Positions 40,695 to 51,649 of a DNA stretch of 64,000 bases are shown here, one piece after another. Under the pieces are notes generated by a model. The model did no database searches. It was not told the origin of the DNA and saw nothing but the letters and a program-made list of their open reading frames with translations. Positions within the stretch are counted from its first letter, which is position 1. Every line of letters starts with the position of its first letter. Source of the stretch: Octopus vulgaris (taxonomy: Eukaryota); assembly GCA_951406725.2 (NCBI GenBank), contig OX597825.1:30628001-30692000 (forward strand), read 5' to 3'. Made by a program: the position numbers and the translations under genes.

Positions 40695-40890
40695 AGGCAG
40701 CAAGCTGGCAGACTCGTCTGCCGTTACGTTCTGAGTTCAAATTCCTCCGAGACCGTCTTTGCCTTTCATCTTTTCGGGGTTGATAAATTAAGTACCAGTT
40801 ACGCAGTGGGGTCGATATAATCGACTTAATCCGTTTGTCTGTCCTTGTTTGTCCCCTCTGTGTTTAGCCCCTTGTGGGCAGTAAAGAAAT
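40695..40890 (+). mobile_element. SINE family B with internal deletion
   Basis: AAGGCAGCAAGCTGGCAGA joined directly to TCGTCTGCCGTTACGTTCTGAGTTCAAATTCC; tail TTTAGCCCCTTGTGGGCAGTAAAGAAAT. Confidence 0.88.
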
Positions 40891-40929
40891 AGGTATACAT
40901 GTTTTGAGAGAAAAATTGAATAGAAGGGG

Positions 40930-41775
40930 CATCAGCAGTAGTGTGCAAGAGAGAAGACTGTGCTGGTTAGGGTGATGTGCATGGGAGAGGACAGTTGCAT
41001 AAAGAAGCACCAATCACTAAATGATGAGGGGACCTGTGAGATAAGGAAGACCCAGGAATGATGTGGTGAGAAATGGTCTTACAGATGAAATGACATGGAC
41101 CGAGACAATTGGTGATTTGCCATGCTCAAGAAGACCTGCCCAACAGTAAAATCTGTGCCCATGGACCCCAGGTACCACTTCCCCTCACAAACTACTCATG
41201 CCGACCACCACTGTATCCCCCTCCCCTCCACTCTCTATCATGTACCTACCTACTCACAATATGTTCTTTTCAGTCACTTCCTCACAACTTATCTCAATAC
41301 CCCTTCCCTCTACCAGTCCCCACTCATTACCTTCCACCCACCCCTACTAGTTCCCACTTTCCTTTTGAAATTTTATGAACTCACCCACTCGCTTTCTGCA
41401 ATCCCAAATCCACCTCACTGCACACACCTGCCTGTAACTTGGTGTACACCCCCTGCCCCCTTCCATCACAACTTTGCAATCTTTCTCTCCTAATACAAGA
41501 CACCTCTTCTGTCCCTCAATACTACTTCCCCCAGTTGAGGGGGTCTTGTCTTGCATAACTTCTTTGTCTTGGTAACCTCTTTGATGCTGGTGCCATGCAA
41601 AAATACCTAATCTACTCTGTGAAGCAGTTGGTGTTAGGAAGGGCATCCAGCCATAGAAACCATATAAAAACAGATTACTTGAGCCTAGTGTAGCCTTCTG
41701 GCTTCCCTGTTCCTGTCAAACCATCTAATCCATGCCAGCATGGAAAACAGATATTAAATAATAGTGATGATGAGT
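40930..41775 (+). mobile_element. RTE LINE 3' end with long 3'UTR and family tail
   Basis: Decayed EGTC..GRPR..GLTDEMT..DRDNW..LKKT, C-rich UTR, then TTAGGAAGGGCATCCAGCC...CCATGCCAGCATGGAAAACAGA tail. Confidence 0.7.
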
Positions 41776-44241
41776 AAGTGCTGACAGGAAGGCCTTAAAA
41801 CTTTGCATCTAAGGTAGACAACTCAGCTGCTACTCATGTAATGGCAGTAAAATTATTTTAGGGCTTTCTGCAAGAGGAAAAAGATACAACATGATCAAAT
41901 CCCTGAGGTCATCAGTCTTAACCCTGTCATGTCATGTTCCCACTACAGAGGGAATAGCTTAAATGTCATCTCTGCTTGATTGCCATTAAAGCAGTAATTA
42001 ACAATGCATGTAGAAAAAGAAGATAAAATTCTAAAATTAAACAACTGATCACTTTACAGTTTTGTAGTCAAGTCTGTTTATGACTCATTCTTAATGATGC
42101 CCCCACCATAGCTGTTGTTTATTTTAATTTTTTTTTTATAAAAACAAAAAAATAAAACAATCGATTTTGCAATGAAACAAGCATGTAATGAACCCAGTAC
42201 TTCCTCTTATAAACAAGCAAGGCCTAGATTTTTGCAGTTGAGGAAATTATTGGTGATATTTGTCCTTCAGATGAAGAGATTACACTTACGTTGGAAATGG
42301 GAGTGATTCCAGGTATCAAACCAGTAAAAATGATGAGAAAAGTAGGGACTCCGGCAAACAAATATGGTAGTTGAGAGATAGGCTTGTTGTTGTTATTCTC
42401 CTAAATTTTGATGGGATTCTCTCCATTTGTTTGCTTGGAATCATTACTTTTGAGCTGTATATGCAACTATTTACTTTTTTGCTCAAGAGCTCAGATGAAG
42501 GGTAAAATTAGACACAGAGGCCCAGGCCTGTGAGAGTTATGATAAGACCAGGCACAGCTTGTGGATCAGTGAAAAAAACTATCCAATTCCCATTGCTAGA
42601 AGGGAAATCAAGAATACCTTCTCATGAGTGTAACTAACAAAGACAAGGAGAGTTACTTGCTGTAATGAGAACAACACCAAGGGCTAAGTGACCAGGAAGC
42701 ACTCCCATCACATTGGTGTGACATTACATCCACTTATGAGAATGGAAATTAGATGGAGGTCAAAAATGATAAGCACCTTATTTGAAAACTGGAAAAAGAC
42801 CCAAGAAGAGATATTAAAAGAAAATAATATGAAAAAAAACTGCCAGTTGAAGTTGTTCCTGTGCAACGAATAAAATCTCTGTGGAAGAAGGAATTCATTT
42901 TGAACTACCAGTCATATATAAAATTAAGTGAAATGGACTGTTCCTCTTCAGCCAAATTTCTGACTTGTGCCTTTGATAAAATTTATTATCTTTACCATCA
43001 CCATCACCATCACCATCACCAGTATCATCGTCAATAATCACCATCAGCACATCATCAACAACAGCAAAAACATTTTTGTCAACGTCCTTTTGACAGAGTA
43101 TGATAACACTTTAATCCAACAATAATTAATCATACTACATTTCATTGTCATGATAAAAATACATACATACACATATAAATGTGTGCATGTGTGTATGTGT
43201 GTGTGTGGGCATGTGTGTGTGTGTGTGTGTGTCTGTGTGTGTATATAAATTAAGATTTTTCTCCTATGATGCTATTATTACTTCAATGGAGAGACATAAG
43301 ATTCTTGCAAAAGAATGGGCAACACAGGGCAGCAAGTATGTTAAGAGGTGGTTGTGGTGATGGTAGCGGTGGATAACGGTAGAACTAGTAGAAAGTTACA
43401 GAGGGAAACAGTCTCTCAGAAGATTCTGGCCTTTAACCACTTCCGCTGTAGAATGAGTTAACTCAAGCAGTTTATCATTATGGCATTTTCCAAAGACAAT
43501 CTTGTGTAAAGCTTTTCAAAACCATTCACCATTCGTGTACTTATATTAATCCAATCAATCAACATATAGCAAATGGGTGATGTATATTAAATCATTAGAA
43601 ATCTGAAAACCTGCCATATCGCTACCACCATCATCGTCGCCATGCCATCGTCGTCATCGCCATGACTGCTGGCACCACCACCACCACCACCACCACCACC
43701 ACCACTGTCATCATCTCCATGATGTTCTCATCCTTCATTGATTGTTACGCTTCGTGATTCTTTTTAAAAGAACTTTCACAGAGTAGAGACAATAATGTTG
43801 GTGTTAATAAAGTTAGTTTAAAGATAAGCACTATAACAATACTTACAGCTCTTGAGTATTATGTTATAGGAACGACTGATTTCTATACAACAACAACAAC
43901 AGCAACAACAATAACAACAACAACAACAGTTGTGATGATGATGATGATGATGGTGGTGATGATGATGATGATGCCATCACTGTAACAAGATAAATGTTGC
44001 GGCTTACATTGAGTCATCTCATTCCAATATTATCTTTGGTGATAGAAACAGCAACAACAACAACAACAACAACAACAACAAAAGGATAATAAAAGAAAGT
44101 AAATTATGAAATAACTAGTGTAGTGTGGGTGAGTGTGGTTGCATTATGTGTCTATAGATGTTTCTAGGAGACCATGCAAGCACATGCATGCTGTCTGTTC
44201 ATTTTCCACCTTTCCTCTTCTTCTCTCTTTCTCTCTGTATG

Positions 44242-44272
<31 letters not shown>

Positions 44273-44404
44273 GGCGGTGCCCCAGCATGGCCACAGCTCA
44301 TAAGCTGAAACTAGAATCAATCAATCAATCATATATAAATGCATGTATGTATATATGTATATATGTATATATATATATAGATAGATATATATATATTTAT
44401 ATAT

Positions 44405-44800
44405 AGGTGCAGGAGTGGCTGTGTGGTAAGTAGCTTGCTTACCAACCACATGGTTCCAGGTTCAGCCCCACTGCGTGGCACTTTGGGCAAGTGTCTTCTA
44501 TTATAGCCTTGAGCCGACCAAAGCCTTATGAGAGGATTTAGCAGACGGAAACTGAAAGAAGTCTGTCATGTATATATATATATATTTATATGTATGTGTC
44601 TGTGTTTGTCCCCACCTACATTGCTTGACGACCGATGCTTATGTGTTTACGTCTCCATAACTTAGCAGTTCAGCAAAAAAGACCAATAGAACAAGTACTA
44701 GGCACAAAAAGAATAAGTACGGGGGTTGATTTGCTCAACTAAAGATGGTGCTCCAGCATGGCCACATTCAAATAACTGAAACAAGTAAAAGAATAAAAGA
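44405..44800 (+). mobile_element. SINE family A, full length
   Basis: Matches 11061-11450. Confidence 0.9.
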
Positions 44801-44860
44801 ATATATATATATATGTATGTATGTATGCATATCTATCTATCTAGCTAGCTAGCTATCTAA

Positions 44861-44970
<110 letters not shown>

Positions 44971-45097
44971 GTATGTATATAGACATGCATATATATATAT
45001 ATCTATATAGATATATATACACACACACATACACACATATGCCTTTACATAGATTCAATACATATTTTATATATGTATATATATATATACATGCACA

Positions 45098-45183
45098 CAA
45101 GGGGTGTATGAAAAGTCTTGAGCCTCAAAAAAACAAGACATGGTACAAGACTTCAAGGCTCAAACCTTTTCATACAGCCCTTA
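45098..45183. mobile_element. ~85-bp mariner-derived mini-MITE (MADE-like)
   Basis: AAGGGGTGTATGAAAAGTCTTGAGCCT / AGGCTCAAACCTTTTCATACAGCCCTT inverted ends around a ~30-bp spacer. Confidence 0.75.
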
Positions 45184-45199
45184 TATATATATATATATA

Positions 45200-45420
45200 T
45201 AGTCAATTAAAAATAACACAGAGAAAAAGAAAAAGAAAAAAGCAAATGAACGTGTGGATGTAGCACAAGCAATGTATTAATAAGACACTCAAAGAAGGAA
45301 AGGAGTAGTAATTTTACATTTCAAGCATAGCTCTTCTTCGGAAATAAGAAAAACAGGAAAGTCCAAGACAAAGGAGGAAAAAAAGTCACTAACAATCATG
45401 TGCAGTTACATTTTTGAAGT
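45200..45420 (-). mobile_element. Penelope-like 3' tail with decayed hammerhead motif (45311-45345)
   Basis: Minus strand ATTT CCGAAGA AGAGC TAT GCTT GAAA TGT A AAAT; homologous to 50418-50600 and 57021-57225; abuts (TA)n. Confidence 0.65.
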
Positions 45421-45943
45421 GACTTGAAGTAGAAGGAATGATGAGAAAGTGCTTTCTGGGACAGGAGAGTGTGAAAATGGTCAGTGTGTGTGTTTGTGGT
45501 AGGATCTGCGTGTGTGTATGTTAATGTTGATGTATATGTCACTGTGAGAGGTTAATCATGAGTCAACAGCTGTAGTTAAAGGTGTGGCTGTGTGTGTGTA
45601 TGTAGATGGAGTGGGAATGTGTGTGTGTGTGCATATGCGTATGGCTGTGTTTGTGTTTCGCTCTGCGAGTCACTCTGTCCCTCTCTCTCTCTCTCTTAAT
45701 ATATATATATATGTGTGTGTGTACATGAGTGCATGTAGGTATGTGTGTGTGTGTGTCTATATGCATCTGAGTGTGGGTGGAAGTGTATGTACGTAATTTA
45801 TATGTGTTGCTGTGTGTATCCATTGTGTGTGTTGTGCGTGTATGTGCTATGTGTGTGCATGTGTGTGTGTGAGCATGTGTGTGTGTGCATATATATATGT
45901 GTGTGTGTGCATGTATATACACACACACACTCACACACACAGG

Positions 45944-45986
<43 letters not shown>

Positions 45987-46734
45987 TTACATACAGGTTG
46001 TACTAATGATAAAACAAAACACAAAGGAAATAGGAAAATCAACATACTCCAAGAAAAATGGCAACATATGTTAAACTAGATGCAAAAAGGAAACGGGCCT
46101 TTTAGAAAAAAACGTCTTCAGCCCCTGTTACAGCTCCAGTGCAGAGTCATGGTCATGTGTCCACTATCCATGCCATCCACTTCATCTCTGCTATTCGTTA
46201 TATCGCCCAGTGAGTTCTTTGCCACTGGTTCCCTATCTAAAACTTCCTCAAATGCAGTAGTTTAAGGAGTTCAAATTTCTGGAGGGCTTAAATCCCACAA
46301 GATGTTGAGAGGGAAGGGAGAAATCACATAATGAAACTGTTATCTTGGGCCTGGTTTCTTACCAAAGCACAAACTGTCCTTTCTTTGTCTTCACGTAAGT
46401 TTTGTACCTGATGTCATCTTACATTAGTATGTTGCCACCTTGAACTGCTCTGAGATGGCCTTTGTCAACGTAATGCAGTTGTCATTGATGATGCTCTGGA
46501 TCATCTAAATGATAACAGCTGATGATGTCTGGACATTGAGAATGAGTCCTCTTCCCCTTGGTCATAACTGATATATCTCTGCAAGAGCCCCTCAGCACTT
46601 TTGCAGTCCTAAACAATGAAGAGCCATCATGTTTAAGAAACTAGATTTCCAAATCACAATGAAAGCATGTAAAGATATGCATGTGTACTTTGCACAAATA
46701 TGTATCTGCATGCATTCATGTGCATGTATGCTTG

Positions 46735-48766
46735 CACTAATGCATTTACACACTGATGCCCACATATAAACATGTTTTCATGCATGCACATTCCTATACA
46801 TTCATGTAAATGTAATTGCTTTTTCATGCCTCAAAGGACTTCTAAGAGATGGTGCTTAGCTTTAATTTCATGGCATTAAAGAGATGAGCTAATGTGCCCC
46901 TGATGAGGATGCCCCCACAGCAAATATTCTGAAATAAGCTGGTGGTGCCCCTTCCCATCATTCATGCGAGCTGAGGTAATGTAGAATATTGTGTACTGTC
47001 AAGGATCATAAGGGACCCGCAGAAGATTTTTGGGTTTTTTCCATCAACTATGCATGTCTTTCCCCATCAGAGTTCAGGATGGGTACATCACCGCATGAAC
47101 TCCAAGTCACACTGGCCGGTTATTCAAGCTTCATGCATGATGTGATGGTAAAGTTTTTCATATCTTATGTCATATTGAAATCTGCCTTTTTGATACTGTC
47201 AGTATGTATGACAAAGAAATGAGAAATTAAAAATTCAGTACAAACTTGGAGACCAATCCACACTTGCCCATATTTTAAAAAAATGAACCTAAACCCTTTG
47301 CCATTTCTCCTTCTTCTTCCTAAACATCCAAGGTCTCTACAACCTAGTCCTCACATGCATTAAGTGCAGAATTACCTCTGACCGCTTTAAACAAACAAGA
47401 CCACTGACTCCTAAATTGTCCTTCCCATTACTCTTTAACATTGCACCACAGAATATACACCTACATTCTCCCAGCTCATTCATCTCTGATTCTCTACCAA
47501 AATATACTTCAACACTTGGAAGCGCATTCCAAAGAAAGCTGACTTACATCCCATTGCTCTCAGTTCTGATGTCTCAAAAGTAACGGAAACACTCATTCCC
47601 AATGACATTCTCCAACATCTTGGAACTACCTTTCTCCTCGGTGACCATCAATATGGCTCCCATAGATACAGATTTCTCCATGTCACTTACCTGTGGGCCC
47701 TCACATTAGAAACATTTAGTGACAGGAATGCTGATGCTTTAGACAGTAGCAAAGCCTTCAACCATATCTGTATAAAACTCTTGTCAAATCTCATATCAAA
47801 ACTTCCTACCTTTAGGCGCCACCTATCTTTCATCTCTTGGATTAGCAGCTTCCTTTCAGAACACACCATTGTCTTATGTATTGACAGAGTTCTTTCTGAT
47901 CCACTTTAATCTGATCTTCCCCAAGGTTTGTCCTGGTTTGTCCTTGACTCATTTCCTCCACTACATCGATGATCTACTTGCTGTTGCATCCATCAATGTT
48001 CACGCTTATGCAGGTGAAATGAACTTTCATTCATCCCTTATCTGTGAGCAGCTTAGACACACCCAATCAAATTTGTTTTGATTCTATAAGCAAAGAACTA
48101 GAGAATATCTGTCAGTGGGGACATGCCAAACTTGTCCCTATGAACAACACATCTCAAGTACTATCCATTTCAAGAAAGCACCATTGCCCTAAACCTCTTC
48201 CAAATGGAGCACTCCCAGTCACTCCAAATGTTGGGTTTCCCTATCACTGAAGAACTCTCCTAGCAAAGGTATATACTTAGTTTCTCAAAGGCATGCCCTT
48301 TTCTTTAAGACCAGAAAATATTTCAACACTAACAGTTACTGGCACTCTACAAAGCTCAAGAATGACCCCCAATCAAATACTCCACCAACCTCTCGGAAGG
48401 TCCTGCTGCCAAGCACACAGGCATCCTGGACATTGATGGTGAAACACATGCATAGTTGATGGAGGAAAGCCAAAAATCTTCTGGGGTTTCTTATGATCCT
48501 TGACAGTACACTATATTCTACATTGCCTCAGCTCACATGATTGATGGGAAGAGGCACCACCAGTTTATTTCAGAATATATGCGGTGAGGGTATCTTACCA
48601 GGGACAGATTAGCTCATCTATTTAATGCCATGAAATTAAAGCTAAACACCATCTCTTAAAAGCCCTTTGAGGCATAAAAAAGCAATTACATTTACATGAA
48701 TGTATAGGAATGTGCATGCATGAAAACATGTTTATATGTGGGCACCAGTGTGTAAATGCATTAGTG
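46735..48766. repeat. ~345-bp inverted repeats (46735-47081 and 48422-48766) bracketing a LINE remnant
   Basis: e.g. TTAGCTTTAATTTCATGGCATTAAA / TTTAATGCCATGAAATTAAAGCTAA and GTGTACTGTCAAGGATCATAAG / CTTATGATCCTTGACAGTACAC. Confidence 0.93.
47400..48420 (+). pseudogene. Decayed CR1/L2/Jockey-group LINE reverse transcriptase
   Basis: PIALSSDVSKVTETLI, LLGDHQYG, ALDSSKAFN, SWISSFLSE, PQG, FLHYIDDL, HAYAGE (decayed YADD). Confidence 0.8.
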
Positions 48767-50373
48767 TATGTATTTCTATGCACCCATACCACATGTGCAT
48801 GCATGTGCATGATCAAATACCTTCATTTACACAGGAAAGTGCATAAATTTACAAGCATGTATATGTATGCATGTGCCCATTCAAATCTGCATGAATGTTT
48901 GAAAACCAGCTTGAATATGAATGTGTATGTGTGTGTGTTTGTGTGTGTGTGATTTGCAGTTTTGTGTGTGTATTAGCATATTAATATAGAAACAGATTAC
49001 AATATACAAGATAGGAAATAATCTGTAAATCTGCTTGGTACCAAAGCATCAATAAATTTTATTGGAATATATCATTAAAAACTAATTAATTGGTTCAATG
49101 TTCTATGTAATAAACAACATCAACTTGCTAAATGTGCCACAAGACACATTGCGAGCCAACAAGCATGTCTCAACATGGTCATTCAAAATACTAGAAACAG
49201 TAAGCAAATCCCCCTCAAATCATATACCTAAATTCTTAAAATATGAAGAATGCATCAAGAAATGTATTACTAGATATTCTATACCCGAAAAAAAAAGGTG
49301 CAATGGTTATTGATTGAATGTTTTTGATCATAGATCTGTTTCATAAGGACTGACCTAGGGCTAAACCATAGCATTAATATTCTCCAAGACACATTTGAAC
49401 TTCAAATACAAAAAGCAGTTACAAAATACAAGAACTCATTACAATTTGTGCTTGACTGTGCTATGAATGTTCATGCATGTATTGAGAGTAGGGGTAGATA
49501 GATAAGTAGATAAGGAAAGGTAAAAAGAATATATATATAAATATTAAATAAAATTTATCATCATCATCAGCAGCAGCAGCATCTAACATTTGTGCTTCTT
49601 GCTTGCATTGGTCGAACAGTTTGACAGAATCCAATGGCCCTAAAGACTGCATCATGTTCCACTGTCTTCTTTGGTATGGTTTCCACAGTTTGATGCCCTT
49701 GCTAATGTCAACCACTTCTCAACATGTACTGGGTACATTTTTCGTGCTAGCATCACTTGTGAGGTTTCTATGCAGCTTACAAGACTATAAACTCAGAGTG
49801 GGGAGTGGGAACTTCATACTAGGAGGATGAAGTATAAAGAGGAGAAATATTTGAGAATAAGGACCAGAATCAAATGGGGTTTCTTGCTGAAGAGGAGCCA
49901 TATGTTTACCCACATCTTAGAAGAGAGGGTGGAGGACAGAGTTGGTAATGAAGTGTCAGATGGGCCGTCAAGGTAAAGATATGTAGGATTGGATGGGGAC
50001 AGAGCTTCGACAGTGAGTTTGTGAAGCATGGGGTTTTTGTTGGTGCAGAGCACAGCAGAATACAAATAATGATACAAGAGACACGGAGACAAACGACAGA
50101 TAACACAGTAAGGGTACATGGGAAAGAGAGACAGGTGCAATATATATATATATATCATCATCATCATGGTTCGACAGGAGCTGGTAAGCAAGAGGACTAC
50201 ACCTTGCTCCACTGTCTGCTTTGACATGGCTTTTGTGGCTGGATGCACTTCTTAATGCCAACCACTTTACAGAGAGGATTGCGTGTTTTTTATGTGGCAC
50301 CAGTACCAGCAAGGTCACCAAGTATATATATACATGTGTGTGCGTATGTGCATGTGTGTGTATGTATGCATGT

Positions 50374-50417
<44 letters not shown>

Positions 50418-51400
50418 GTAGGGAGAATTCACAAAAAAACAAGACGAAGACAGGTGGTGTAGACAACAAACAGATGTATTAGTTTAACGCTCAGGAATTG
50501 AAAACGTCTTTAACGTTTCGAGCCTATACTCTTCCATACAAAGGAACACAGAAAGAAACAAGGAGAGAAAATAAAGAATGTGTAGTGGCTAGCGATCTAT
50601 CATGGCAAATGCTAGACAGAAAGGTCACACAGGAGAGCTAGGAAAAATGGGAGATAATAAAGTAGTGGTGATCCCAAAACGAAGGTGTGTATGCCTGTGT
50701 ATAAGAGAGTATGTATGTGCGTGTGGAAGAAGGCTGGTGACCTTGACATGTGCATGTGTGGAGATGTGGGGCTGGGAAGTGGTCAGTGCTAGTGTGTGCA
50801 TGGTGATGTGATGTGTTGTGTGGTGTGATGGTGTTGGGAGGTGGGGGAAGTGAGACTGGGGAAAGCAAGGGTGGAGTGTGGGTTACGCTGAGAGTGGGGT
50901 AGAGATGGGTTATGTGGGTAAGCAGAGGGTGGGGTAGAAGTGGGGTATGTGGGAGTGGGTGTAAGGGATGGGGTGGGGTGGGAAGGAAGCGAAGGTGAGG
51001 TTGGAATGTGTAGGGGTAGGGTGGGGGTTACGAGGGAGGGAAAGAGAAGGTGGGTAGGAATGGAGGTGGTGAGAGTGGAGTGATGAATGCTGACTGAAAT
51101 GTCAAGAAAGGAGACACAGGTGTCAGAGATAGTGCAGGAGAAGTGGAGGGCATGGGAAGATTTGACAAAAGAGAAGAAGGAGACTAGATGTTCATGGGAG
51201 AGTGAGGTCGCACCGATACAGTCGTCAATATAACGGCCTTGTAGTTCGGGAGTGGGACCAGTGAAACTTGAGAATATTTGGGCTTCAACATAGCCAACGA
51301 ACAGGTTCACATAATTAAGGCCCATTCTCGTTCCCATGGCCACTCTCAAGACACTGCTGGTAGAAATCACCAGTGAACAAGAAGTAGTTGAGTGAGAGCA
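50418..51400 (-). mobile_element. Penelope-like element: RT fragment plus 3' tail, internally deleted
   Basis: VAMGTRMGLNYVNLFVGYVE...GRYIDDCIG...VSFLDISV (PLE RT core); tail 50418-50600 with hammerhead-like remnant at 50508-50543; abuts (TA)n. Confidence 0.9.
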
Positions 51401-51649
51401 AAAAATATATAAAATAAAAGAAGGAAAATGCTCAGTTTACATAATTCTAATGTATTTTAAATGAGAAAGTATTGTGGTTGTTGACCGGTTTTGCTTTTGC
51501 TAATGAGGACATTGGAATTATTGTAATTACGTATTTTCTTAAGAAGATTTTAGTCAATGTTCTTGTATGAAAGTTTGTGAATCAATCAACAAGTAGAAAA
51601 ATCTAAGAAGTAACTGGTAATAGTTATTACTCTTACTACTATTTCCTAC

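Noticed and set aside
41918-42380. piggyBac 5' end (TTAACCC followed by NEPSTSS/EEII-like sequence)
   Set aside because: No matching right TIR or transposase core found; too weak to call
46060-46437. Short inverted match GGCAACATA / TATGTTGCC
   Set aside because: Only ~10 bp convincingly paired; could be chance
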